Source of the DNA: Octopus sinensis
Taxonomy: Eukaryota
Direction of reading: 5' to 3'
Length of the DNA: 64,000 nucleotides
Assembly (NCBI RefSeq): GCF_006345805.1
Contig: NW_021836291.1
Coordinates: 372,001 to 436,000 of the forward strand
Below the pieces are notes generated by a model, which saw nothing but the letters and a program-made list of their open reading frames with translations, was not told where the DNA came from and made no database searches. The position numbers and the translations under genes are program-made. How positions within the stretch are numbered: the first letter of the stretch is position 1; every line of letters starts with the position of its first letter. This document shows positions 1 to 11,317 of the stretch, in pieces.

Positions 1-531
1 TGGTTTGATCCGCAGACGCGTTCGGTATGTAAATATGTATTATATTTTCAAGATGAAAGTATACATTGACCCTGTGACAAACTGTCAACTCACATACGCC
101 CCTCGTGGATCTTTCCTTCATTGTCCTCCTTTCTTCCCTCGTTCTGATTGGAAAAATGACTTTTCCGTGCCTTGGTGGGAGGATGAGACATACTGTATTG
201 GACGACTCTCTACGAAAACTAGACTAATTCGCATTCTCAATTCATTTACTTCGCAGGCACATGTAGTCGAGGTAAAAGAAATCCAATAATAACAAATAAG
301 GTTTGTTCCGAAGAAAAAATTGATCAAATCTTGGAAAGATATCTCAAATATAACTCACACGCTCGTAGTTATACTTGGAAATACATGGGGAAACCGTTAG
401 AGATGACTAAGACGTTGGAGGAGAACGGAATCACCGACGAAGATGAGCTATTTGCTGACTTGGGAATGGATTCCAATGAATTTCTTCCTACAATTCAACT
501 TTACTTTAACGACGACTTGACTGTTGGGTAA
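1..531 (+). CDS. CYB5D1: Cytochrome b5 domain-containing protein 1 (ciliary), 5' partial, 3 exons
   Basis: Spliced translation WFDPQTRS|[11 protein letters not shown]...[24 protein letters not shown]...VVE|VCSEE...[12 protein letters not shown]...[10 protein letters not shown] matches the CYB5D1 C-terminal half. Introns 25-52 (28 nt) and 272-300 (29 nt), GT-AG. Confidence 0.92.
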
Positions 532-639
532 TTTAATTGTCATTACTAATATATTTCACTAACCATCTTTACAAATATATTTCATTAAAAATCAAACATT
601 CTTTCATTTTATTATTTTTCCTGGAGAGGGTGGCACAAG

Positions 640-3300
640 CGAGATGAGGCTGCAAAGAGATTTTACTTTGCTATCGTTTAACTCCAGAGGTCTATCTGAG
701 CTATACAAGCAAAAAATCCAATGCCAGGATCGGAATGTATACAGCCCCGTTGGCTGAAGAGTATTCTTAGGATGCTGGAGTACGGCCATCGTGGTTCAGC
801 AACAAAGGAGTCTACTTTTGAGCTGGATCAATCTTTTCAACGTCCCCACCCGTGAGGCGGCGAGTCCTACTGGCACGACACAGTTGTTAAAAGGGAATCT
901 TTATTTTTCCTGATTTACATTATTAATGAAAACTTCTAATTATGCAAAACCTTTCCTTTTCAAAGTACTAAAATTCGGTCAGAGACAACAGGACTGACAG
1001 AAATTGGAACTGAGCCTTTACCATCTTTCTTTGACTGTTATGAAGATTTGGAGGTCTATGCTGATTGGCACAAACGATTCCTTCCTACTGTCTCTGCATT
1101 TGATTAGCTAGCTATGCTTGTTTTTTGTGCCTGAGTTGGCACTATGATGTGCAACTTGGGGAGGTTTTGAAAAAAAACCAAAGGGCAGACTAGGTGAGAT
1201 ACAACAAGTACCGAATTATTCTCTTACACTTCATTACGGGTAGGGGTTCGGGATTCATAAGACTTTTTAGAATTCAATTCACAAATACTACTTGTAAACG
1301 ACCGTATGTGTACTACAAAGGAGACAAAAAACTACGAGCAACTCGGATTGAATAATAAGCATTATTAGGTGACTGGAACGCGAAAGCAGGCAAAGACCAC
1401 GGCGAAGAAATGTTAATGGGGAGACATGGATGAGGGATAAGGAACCCACCAGGTGACATGCTTGTGAACTTGTGCAGCTTATTCAAACTACTGTAGGCAA
1501 TACGATCTTTCCTCATGGGGTACGTCATAAAACCACGTAGACCAAGACTAGAAAAAACAAAACGAGGAGTAAGTCAACATCTATAAACAAATTGATTATA
1601 TCATTTGGAAACTAGAAAAACATTGATTGCTGGATGTTGGGTCTTGCGGTAGGGAACTTACACTGGGCGACCACAAATTTATAGTGGCCCGATTAAAAGT
1701 AAAAAGATTCTTTAGATTGGCCATTTCAACAGAGAATGAATCAAATCGGATAAAATATTTAGTGCAAAAACTGATTACATCGATGTTACGAGAAAAATAT
1801 ACTTTCAAACAATCATCGAAAATCAACCAGTAACAGAGACGAGGAAAGACCAAAACAAAAGCTGGGATATCTTGAAAAAACTTATTTACAAGGCTGCAAA
1901 GAAATCAGATTGGAACAACTGTATGCTAAAGTTGCTCAAAGCTGTTGAATCCAAATATTGCTGATATACAAAAACTGAAAATCGAAAACACCAACGACTA
2001 TGAAACAAAGGAAAAACTTAAAAGAGAACGTAGAAAAATATCGAATTTTATTCTCTTCTCGACGAATAATTGTTTGTTTTTCCAAAATAAAACAGGCAAA
2101 TTTTCCTTCACTTTCTTGATTCCACCGCATGTATCACTGTAACTAACAAATGATTTCGATGGAAAAAGTTTGAAATACAATTTCGTTTTGTCACAATTAA
2201 ACATGTTCTTAGGTCCATATGTTTCGAGATAATAATCATTAAAAGCAACAATTACCTGTCAGACGACTTGGCCCTTTCATAAAGAATTTTGAATAATAAT
2301 TCATGCCTCTCTTAAATGAGTTTAAGTTGAGTCTTTCGGCGATTTTTAAATCAATATTTTTTCACAATGTTCCCGAAACTGGAATTAAATTATCGCTTAA
2401 ATCTTGAAAAGCTGAAAAGACTAGCTTGTCTATCTCCGATGAATTAGACAAGTTTAATCGATGACTTATACAAGTTCTGTTAAAAACACTTTAAAACACT
2501 TTTTACAAGTTCTGTTAAAAAAATTAATGAAAATTATACTTAATTTTTGTTTCAATTTGAGGTTTATAAATTTGTTATGAACTATGAAAAACAGTATTTA
2601 TTACTGACATGGAACAAAGTGCTAGGGTGCCTCAACTACTTTTCACAAAGTGAGGATGCTTTAAAACGGTATCTGGCTTGGGGCGGGGTCGGACTGTATT
2701 GGATATTGACATGAGCAGGGCATTCGATACGATCCGCAGAGACAAGCTAATGGAAGTCTTCAAAACTATTCTTGATTATGAATCGATCAAAATGTTTTGA
2801 GTACTGTTTATAGACACCGAGTTGACAGTAAAGATCGGGCTCGTAAAACAGAACAGACAAAAAATAACAAAACTCAACAAAATTGGAACACTTCTAGGGA
2901 ATAGGGAAGACATCATAAGGCGAATAATGCCATCGACTGTTGCACTTAACGATCTGCAAATCACATGGCTACGAAACCGCAAGGTTGAAGCAGCCTTACA
3001 TAACAAGTTATAGAATAATTTTATTAAGTCGGAGGAACTTGAGGGGCATCTAAATCTAAAATAAAATCCCTCGATGCGCTTTAAAGAAGATAGTTAAGAT
3101 TTCTTATCGACATAAATTGGTCAAAAAAATCAAAAACTCCACTCTATGTTATATCTGCAACAGTAGACTTGCCACCATAGACATTACCAAAGCTTGTTGG
3201 CGCCTATTCGGGCACATAGTTAAACTCGACTCAGATGATTATGCTAACTTTATTTGGGAAGGAATTGATTTTATTATTAAAAAGTTAACTCGAGTTTAAG
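640..3300 (+). mobile_element. Decayed RTE-like non-LTR retrotransposon fragments (APE endonuclease, RT, C-terminus)
   Basis: FTLLSFNSRGLS (~660), GDWNAKAG...GRHG (~1375), DHKFIVARLKVK (~1670), DIDMSRAFDTIRRDKL (~2705), WRLFGHIVKL (~3200). Many stops; same family type as 8290-10250. Confidence 0.75.
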
Positions 3301-3682
3301 AAAAACAACATTAAGGCAACTTTGAATTCTGAGCTGAGACTAAAAATTTTTTTGTTTCAGAATGAATTTTATTCTTAAATTCAGCAATTAAGAAAAATTC
3401 CCCGTGATATACAAAAACTCAAATAGAAAATTTTATATCAACTCTTAAAAAGCAAGTGTTGTCTGTTAAGTAATAAAAAATACATCAATTCAATTCCTCC
3501 TACCAACAAAAATGATATTTTGGATATTGTTTATTCAGGACAGTAAAGCTATAAGGCTTTTTCACATTTTCATAAAAATTGTTTGTGATCAAGATGAAAT
3601 CAAAATAAGAAAAAGAAACTTAAAATACATGAATTTAGAAAGAAGAAATTCTTTGATTAATATCAACTAGTTATTTTTGTTG

Positions 3683-4561
3683 TTATGGTTTTTCCCTGAG
3701 ATCACATTTGTCAGTAGTTTTAACATTTGAAAAGAGAGTGTAAAATCCGAAAAACCCGCAATTGTACACGTGCATATTGACATTACTGTCTACTAGAGCC
3801 CGTCCTTCACGTGTGAAGAGAATGTAGAGAGCTTTTTCGTCTGTAGCGATTAAATTGAGGTCCAGGAGTTTATAAAATAATTTTTTGTACGTTTCGCAGA
3901 ACTGGAGGAAGACTTTGGCATGACCAACGAACATGCCACCCGCAACATACTCTCTGGCGTCTTTGGTGATTATATTCATGGATTCTTCATGAAAATCTTT
4001 TACCTGGGACAAGAAAATGCTGTTATTGTCAATGTATTTGGAAGTTGTAAAACTATAGTCCATTTGAGGGTCGGTATTACGCAATAACCCCACGTCTGCC
4101 CATGCAAAATACAAGGACGTATTTGAAAACATTCGAATGGCCCTTTCGATCAGTTCGTGTTTGGAATGCATGAATGCCGAATACTGGGAATTCCCCGTCT
4201 GGAGTGGGTGCTTTCCATAACCCGGAAGAGTGAATATTTCCTTTATTCTCTGAATATTTTTAAATCCAATCAACTCCCAACGAGAAAGATAAATGGCAGT
4301 GGTTTGTTTTCCTTTTCGGACCTTTAACAGTTGGTCGAGAAAAGATTTGCTATCCGAGAAAAACACAATGTGATTTTTCACAAACTCGTATTTGTAAATC
4401 CACTCATAGTACTGGGAAGGCTTCCGAATTCCGATTGGCTTCAAAAATTCCCCAAGATTGTAGAAGGCAGAAACTATTACAAAATCTTCATTGTTTACTG
4501 TTTTTGGCTTTTTTGGCCATTCAAGATGATATAGTATGTCACATGCCCTGTTCGTTACCAT
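3683..4561 (-). CDS. HtrL/YibB (WlaTC) family putative glycosyltransferase, intronless 292-aa ORF; true start may lie upstream
   Basis: VIVSAFYNLG, VRKGKQTTAI, FAWADVG, YVAGGMFVG and LIATDE are colinear with E. coli YibB/HtrL motifs as recalled (IITAYFDIG, IRNGKPTTVI, VAWIDFG, IIGGAIVG, IVDDDQ). Confidence 0.82.
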   Translation of the reverse strand: MVTNRACDILYHLEWPKKPKTVNNEDFVIVSAFYNLGEFLKPIGIRKPSQYYEWIYKYEFVKNHIVFFSDSKSFLDQLLKVRKGKQTTAIYLSRWELIGFKNIQRIKEIFTLPGYGKHPLQTGNSQYSAFMHSKHELIERAIRMFSNTSLYFAWADVGLLRNTDPQMDYSFTTSKYIDNNSIFLSQVKDFHEESMNIITKDAREYVAGGMFVGHAKVFLQFCETYKKLFYKLLDLNLIATDEKALYILFTREGRALVDSNVNMHVYNCGFFGFYTLFSNVKTTDKCDLREKP

Positions 4562-5656
4562 GCCCCGCTCGTTACCATTGCTCTAAATTTTTAAAATTTC
4601 AATTTAAAATATTTAAATGATTGAAATATATTTACTTATTAATTTAAAAATTAATAATATTATGGATTTTTATTTTTTCAATGCTTAACCATTATCATTA
4701 AAAAACAATAAATTAAGCATGCTGTTTTATCTCATGGTTATGGTTAGGGTATAGGTTAGGGTTAGGGTATAGGTTAGGGTTAGGGTATAGGTTAGGGTTA
4801 GGGTGAAGGTTAGGGTTTGGGTGAAGGTTAGGGTTTGGGTGAAGGTTTGGGTGAAGGTTAGGGTTTGGGTGAAGGTTAGGGTTTGGGTGAAGGTTAGGGT
4901 TTGGGTGAAGGTTAGGGTTTGGGTGAAGGTTAGGGTGAAGGTTAGGGTTTGGGTGAAGGTTAGGGTGAAGGTTAGGGTTTGGGTGAAGGTTAGGGTTTGG
5001 GTGAAGGTTAGGGTTTGGGTGAAGGTTAGGGTTAGGGTGAAGGTTAGGGTGAGGGTGAAGGTTAGGGTGAAGGTTAGGGAATTGGTTGGGTTTAGGGTTT
5101 GAAAAAATTTAAAGTAGAATTTTCGAATGGAGATACAAAGATTGTTCACATGAAAAGAATCAAAAAAGGACAAATTTAATTTTTCGTTTTAAACTTCAGA
5201 TCTATATATGATTTTAAACTAAACAACTGGATAAAGTTTGAGTTTTTTATAAGAGATCTACAGATGATTTTAAACCTTTATCTTTTTACATTTCAAAAAA
5301 TGTTTTAAATAAAACTAAAACTGGTTAGAGTTAATTATAAAACTATCAAATTATGTGCCTTTAAAGCGTTTCACAATTCACATTTTTAAAATATGTTTTT
5401 ATGTGCTTATCAGTCAAAATGGTTTGTTGTATAAAAATATTATTTTAATTTATTTGTTTTAAAGCATCTTTTAGTATATCATTAAATTGTACTCTAATTA
5501 ACCTAATATATAGGTTGAATTTTATGTCGTTGTGATTGATTGCCGGCTACATTAATTTTTCTAAAAAATTGAAAAATCATTAATCAATTATTTCTCAGAA
5601 ATAATTCGGAGGTAACGAGTGGGGCATAGTAATCCCTGAGGCATGTGACATAGTAT
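4531..5656. repeat. 46-bp inverted repeat pair (4531-4576 and 5611-5656) flanking the telomere-like array
   Basis: Reverse complement of the left copy ggtaacgagcggggcatggtaacgaacagggcatgtgacatactat vs right copy ggtaacgagtggggcatagtaatccctgaggcatgtgacatagtat: 36/46 identical. Confidence 0.8.
4736..5100 (+). repeat. Interstitial telomere-like hexamer array: TTAGGG with TGAAGG, TTTGGG and TATAGG variants
   Basis: About 60 hexamers read directly; GGT is nearly invariant in the units; 18-bp higher-order period (GGTTAG GGTTTG GGTGAA) over most of the array. Confidence 0.95.
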
Positions 5657-5879
5657 GATGAGGAAAACAGACATGATTAACAGTACTTTATATTTCTTGT
5701 AAAAAAACATTGTTAAATGCGATTGAAACTGGTTGATATTTATGAAAATTCGGTCAACTATTATTACAGAAATAAAATAATTCGAAAATTAGATTTACCA
5801 TTTCGTTACAAAAAAATGATTATAAATACTTATTAAGAAAAAACTAAAGACAAGAAAAACTCGCTCATTCCTTAATTCG

Positions 5880-7624
5880 AATTAATCAGAATTGCCTAAA
5901 GCAACTCAAATTCCAAGTCCAGTCTATTCAGAGAGACTCTCGAAAAGCAACTCCAAAGGTGCAGCAAAGGATGGTTAAAACTGATATCCTGGCTGGATTA
6001 AACTCTGCAATTTGTCATATTACAAAAGATGATCCGCCCCAAGATATTAATCAAATTACCGATATTCTATATGCTGCACAGTGTGCTTATTTGGCTTTAA
6101 CTACAAGAACCAGATCACAGAGCACATGGTTGGAAAACACGGAAAGAAAAATCTCTAAATTATCATCTGAAATTGACATAGTTCGTTCCTTCTTTAGACA
6201 AACTTTCCCTCAGGCAGAAAAGCAAAAGGCAATAGATGTTCTCTGTCGCTACGGATATAAGAAGTCTAAGAAGGAGGAGCTAACCAGAATTGAGACTCTA
6301 TTGAATGATCTAATTAGAATAAAAAAGAAACAGATATCTATACATTCCACGAGGAAGGATTTCCGGAAAGACAATGCGTGTTTTGAATTAAACCGCAGAA
6401 GATTTTATCGAAATTTATCTTCGAGCAACGAAGCCACCCTATATGGGTTTGGTGATGGTGAGTGCTTGTCATTTTGGAAAGATGCCTGGAGCAAGAAAAA
6501 TATGGGGCCCGTAGTTTATGATTTTGTGGGTGTGAGGTGTACTGGCGGTGAAACCATGCGACCTTAATTCACAAGTGATTTTATTATGGATATGCTCAAA
6601 TACGCATCTGACTGGAAGGCATGACAAAACGTATAACTTTTTCTTAAAGAAGATGGATTCTTTGCATGGGTTTCTGTGTAAAGAGATAGTCCGAATAATT
6701 AGTGGAGAGTACACGCCTGATAGCTGGTTTTACACTGGCGTAACTTACTTGATCCTTAAAAAAAGTGAGTGTGAGACCCTGAAAAACTTACGCCCTATAA
6801 CGTGTATGCCAACTTTGTATAAACTTGTCACCAAATGTGTTAATGCCAAACTGTTCGATTTCATCGAGGCATTTGGCTTAATCTCAGATAATCAGCTCGG
6901 GATGAGGAAGCAATGTCAAGGCGCCAAAGAGCAAGCCCTCATTGACCAATGCTTAAATAAGAAGTATGGAAATGGCCTCTATTCTGCTTGGGTCAATGTG
7001 AAGAAGGCATTTGACTCAGTTGATCACGAGTACTTGTTCCACGTTTTGGATTGCTTTCGAATACCACATTGGATTGTAAACTTTGTAAAGAACATAGTCA
7101 AGAAGTGGACAGTAAACTTACATATCGATGGGAAAAGAATTGGGAAAGTAAAGTTAGGCCGGGGAATACTCCAAGGAGATTTATTGTCCCCGTTGCTATT
7201 CGTTATGGCGATGGATCCCCTAAGCAGGATGCTTAACTCCATGTTTCCCAAACTCCGAATTAGTCGGGAAGATCCCAATATGTTGACATACTCCACAAAT
7301 CATTTCTTCTTTATTGACGATCTGAAAATAGTTGCCCTCAAAGAAGATGTGCTAGTCAAAATGATGGAGGCAGTTAATGGATTTTTTGAAAGTGTTGGGC
7401 TAGAGATGAATTTCGAAAAATCAGCATCTAATGTAGAATCTTTATCATGCTGTGAGACTGTCGATGGAATCAACGGATATCGGTACTTGGGTGTACTTGT
7501 AAGTAATGTTCTCAAGAATAAAGTTATGGACTCCATACTAGAGAATGTCAAGAAGAGGATAATGCATTATCTCTATAAGATTTTATCGAAATTTATCTTC
7601 GAGCAATGAAGCCACCCTATATGG
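5880..7624 (+). mobile_element. R4/Dong-like (RLE-group) non-LTR retrotransposon, N-terminal and RT region, 3' truncated
   Basis: ORFs 5959-6567 and 6548-7609: FELNRRRFYRNL, LRPITCMPTLYKLVTKC, NVKKAFDSVDH, GILQGDLLSPLLF, FFIDDLK, YRYLG. Confidence 0.8.
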
Positions 7625-7990
7625 CGGGGGTGTCAAAGATACTGCCCCCGGGCCAGAGCTGGCCCGCGGACGATCTCAAATGGTCCGCGGTAAAAGTTTA
7701 AAAGTGTATTAAAAATCTAAAATTATTGTTTAACACCAAATAAAAATACAAGAATCTAGATTCTAGAATATAAATAAAAATAAAAAAATTATTACTTAAA
7801 AAATAATTAATTGTTTAATAATTTTATTTAAATGAATATATTATTTATATTATTCTAATTTTTTTCTTGTCTTGTGCTGATGCCTTTTTCAACAAAACGT
7901 AAAGTTGATACAGAATGCAGATCTTTTCAAAAAAAGTGGAAACTGGAATATTTCTTTGCCGATTTAAATCGGAAACCTACTTGTTTGGTC
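7625..7990 (+). mobile_element. 5' end of a SPIN/GTF2IRD2(Charlie)-like hAT DNA transposon
   Basis: Terminus cgggggtgtcaaag...cccgggccagagctggcccgcgg resembles Charlie-type ends. ATG at 7880 gives MPFSTKRKVDTECRSFQKKWKLEYFFADLNRKPTCLV, cf. SPIN KRKIDSECRIFKEQWTYDYFF...AVCLIC. Cut off by a LINE tail at 7991. Confidence 0.8.
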
Positions 7991-8280
7991 TTTATTATTA
8001 TTATAGCATTTTCACGAAAGCCATAATGTTTATAGCCCCGCATGTGCAACACTCAATGTAACGATATTTAAGGTTAGTTTTTTCCATTTTCCTCTGTCGT
8101 ATGCGAGTGATCTCAATTCGTCCAGCTCGTCCCCCGTCTTTAGCTTTTTCCTCACTCGATTTAGGTCTTTGTTTAAGGCAGTTGGAAGTGTCGATCTAGG
8201 TCGTCCGCGGAAGGGTATGTCGCATCTGTCGAAGTAGTCTTCCATCGCCTTGTTAGCTGGTGCGTCCGGGTTCAGTGACG
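7991..8280 (-). mobile_element. 3' end of an RTE-like LINE with (AAT)n tail
   Basis: LNPDAPANKAMEDYF...FRGRPRSTLPTALNKDL...LRSLAYDRGKWKKL is an RTE C-terminus; tail ataataataataa at 7992-8004 on the minus strand. Confidence 0.85.
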
Positions 8281-8289
8281 TCCCTCTGT

Positions 8290-10250
8290 ATAGAAAAATG
8301 TCTGAAAAACACTCATTATACAACCGAGAACTCAGGCTAATGACGTTCAACGTACGTGGGATATCGAAATACTGGACAAGGAAAGTACTCTGTGACGATC
8401 TTGAGAAATACAAAATAGCTATCGGCTGCCTACAAGAAACGAAAATCGTAAATGGATGCGATGAGACATGGAACAATTACCGACTGATTCTCTTCCCAGC
8501 CGAATGCAAGCACTACGGCATGGGATTTGCCCTGCACGTGGATTACTCCAAGAGCCTATTAACTGTCATAAACGTCTACGCACCACACTGTGGACGAGTA
8601 GCCAAGAACCCTGGTGAGCTCGAGGAATTCTACTCAGAACTATCAAGCACATACTCTAACAATGCCTCTTCGTCCCTTGTCTTTGTTGCGGGAGATTTGA
8701 ATGCAAAGGCTGGAAAGCGAAAGGGGCCCGAAGAATCCTCTATTGGAAGACACGGGCGCGGAAGGAGAAATGCAGCTGGAGCCTCTCTGGTGAATTTCTG
8801 TGAGGCAAATAGCCTCTTCCTGTGCAACACGGCCTTTACGCACTCAGCACGCCACAGGACGACCTGGCACGGACAAAGGAAAAAACTCGGTCGGGGAGAC
8901 CGTAAACATATATAACCAAATCGACTACATTATTTGCCGCAAGTCTGATAAACACCTGCTAACCGATGCACGTTCCCACCAGGGGACAACAACCGACAGC
9001 GACCACAGGATGGTCACCGCAAAACTCTGCGTAAAGAAGCATCTGACTGGGGAAAAATACACTGAAAACGCGAAGAAGGCGAGACAAAGGCCAAATATAC
9101 ACTTCCAGACAGAGAAATTGTGGCTGGAGCCCACTTGTAAAGACAATTATCACAAGCAAATTGAGACTTTTATGGAGAAAACCACACCAGAACTATCATT
9201 ACGAACCCGGTGGGACCAAACAAAGCGGGCAATTTCCAAGGCGGCCAGTATATGTTTTGGAGTCCGAAATCATTGTGCCCTAAAACTGGATCACCACCCG
9301 AACGTGCCAGATATGGCAAAGCATCGCAGAGAGGTACGGCTAAAAGCCGCAAACACGTCAGACGAGATTAAGAAAAAGGAGCTTAACATTCAACAAAGGG
9401 AACTAAAGTGCAAAATCCAAAAGATGAACCGAAAATACTCACGAGAAATCATTACATCCCTACTAAAAGATGTGGAATAGACAATTCAAGGATGTATGCG
9501 GCCCTACGACTACTGCGGACTACTAAGAAAGGACAAAACCCCTCCACATTAAAGACAAAGATGGAAAATTCGTGGGTAATCCGAAAGAAAAAGCAGAGCT
9601 GATCGCACGACACTTCGAAACCTTGCTGAATAAAGAAAACACGGACTTTCCTGTTTCCAGGGAGATGCAAAAGCGTTAAAAATCCCAATCACAGCGGAAG
9701 AGGTGGAACTAGCGATAAATAAACTGAGGAACAACAAGAGTGCTGGGTCGGACAACATAAGCCCCGAGCTCCTAAAATATGGGCCAAAAAAACTCAGCGA
9801 CACAATTGGAAAAACCCTAAATGAAATTTTCGAAACTAATACCGATCTGGACTTGGAAATGGATTACTAATACCCATACAAAAACCGAACAAACCAAAAG
9901 GACCAGTAGAAAATCTCCGCCCGATAATACTCCTAAATTCGATACGCAAGGTGCTGGCAAAGTCGCAGCTAAGGCGGTAAAGGGCGGATGGGGTATCAAT
10001 ACCTATCACCGAGTCAAAGTGGGTTCCGAGATGGGAGTCTACCGCAGACATTGTATGGAGCCACAGATGGCGCTGCGCAACGCACCAAGATTCAAGAGCA
10101 CAACGACCGTGCTGGAAATAGATCTCTCCAGAGCCTTCAACTTAATAAACAGACAGAAACTGGTGAATGTGCTTGAGCAAATACTGGATGAATCATCGGT
10201 TAGGATAATCAGACTACTACTTGCGAACACAAGACTATCTTGATTTGGGA
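8290..10250 (+). mobile_element. RTE-like LINE, 5' part (APE endonuclease and N-terminal RT), frameshifted
   Basis: MSEKH...LMTFNVRGI, LQETK, INVYAPH, AGDLNAK, NQIDYI, TDSDHRMV, SAGSDNISPELLK, IDLSRAF. Confidence 0.9.
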
Positions 10251-10901
10251 CGAAATATCAATGGAATTGTGAGAAAATTAACTGAAAGCATGCCAAGAAG
10301 AAGCATTGAGCTTTATAAGTCACACGGAGGACACATTAATTATTAATCATTTGACTTTTTTTCTAATCCGGTTTTTTTACACAGAAAAATTTAATATAGT
10401 CAGTTTAGCTGTACAAAAAGATTATTGAAAAATTATAAAAAGAAAAGAAAAAAAATTAAGCATTCGAAAATCCGGTTTTTTATTACATGGAGTGTATGTG
10501 TGAACTTAATTAATTTTTCTTTAAATTATGTTCATGATACTGCAAATAATAATAAGCAATGTCATCGGTCACGACAAAGTGCTCTTTCTCCATTTTGTTC
10601 CGCTCCAAGCCCCGTCGCGTAACATGTTTAATCTTTTTCATCTTTAAGGCGTTTCCAATCCTTTAGGGGTCATTGTCAAGCCCAACTGGCAAATTTTTGA
10701 TAGTTTTTTTTCAGCTTGAAAATTTGAATTTGATAATTCAAGATTACTTCCATTTATTTTAGACAAAGAGTATTGTAAAACTGGTTAATTAAGATTAGAT
10801 ATTTTAGATCTAATAAGTTTTATTGTTGAAAATATCAGATGTGACATGACAGATGGAAATGTAATATAAATACAATTTTGATACTTTTTAATTACATAAA
10901 A

Positions 10902-11317
10902 ATGTTCCACATAATATTGATAGTTGCTATGCTGTTTGAATCTGTACAAAATTTATTTCCATACGATGCTGAAAAAAAAGTATTTTTACTTTATTTATCC
11001 AAAAGAATCTCGTCGTGAGGCAACTGAATGGGAATCGAAGTATACAACAGTATATATTACATATATTTATACATTTAGAAAACAAAGAAAATTGACGGCA
11101 TAAATGTAATAGATGGGGGTATTATTACTTTGGGCATTTAATTTTAGAATATATATGCACCAAACCAGGAATCTTTGGGCATCGTGAGTGTTCAAAATAT
11201 ACAATATGCGGCAATTCAGGCGATAAAGCCGAAATACGAAATTGTCCCTTTGGAACAAAATTCGATCATGAAATTCACACATGTATGTTTGTAAGTATGG
11301 CTCACTGCAATGATTAA
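10902..11317 (+). CDS. Small secreted chitin-binding type-2 (CBM14/peritrophin-A) protein, about 106 aa, 4 exons
   Basis: Signal-like MFHIILIVAMLF. Last exon ICTKPGIFGHRECSKYTICGNSGDKAEIRNCPFGTKFDHEIHTCMFVSMAHCND* has the 6-Cys ChtBD2 spacing with CPxGxxFD. Introns 10980-11019 (acceptor uncertain), 11050-11078 and 11119-11147. Absent from the ORF track. Confidence 0.85.

Noticed and set aside
1-531. First impression of ATG5 from the ubiquitin-like C-terminus
   Set aside because: PWW, YNSHAxSYTWKY and LYFNDDLT are CYB5D1 motifs.
4727-5173. (Thr-x)n ORF resembling an ice-binding or beta-solenoid protein
   Set aside because: It is the CCCTAA-strand translation of the telomere-like array; the N-terminus is AT-rich and non-coding-like, with no signal peptide.
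5652-5760. Possible box C/D snoRNA or hammerhead ribozyme (ATGATGA...GAAA)
   Set aside because: No matching D box or terminal stem, and no CUGANGA core with stems.
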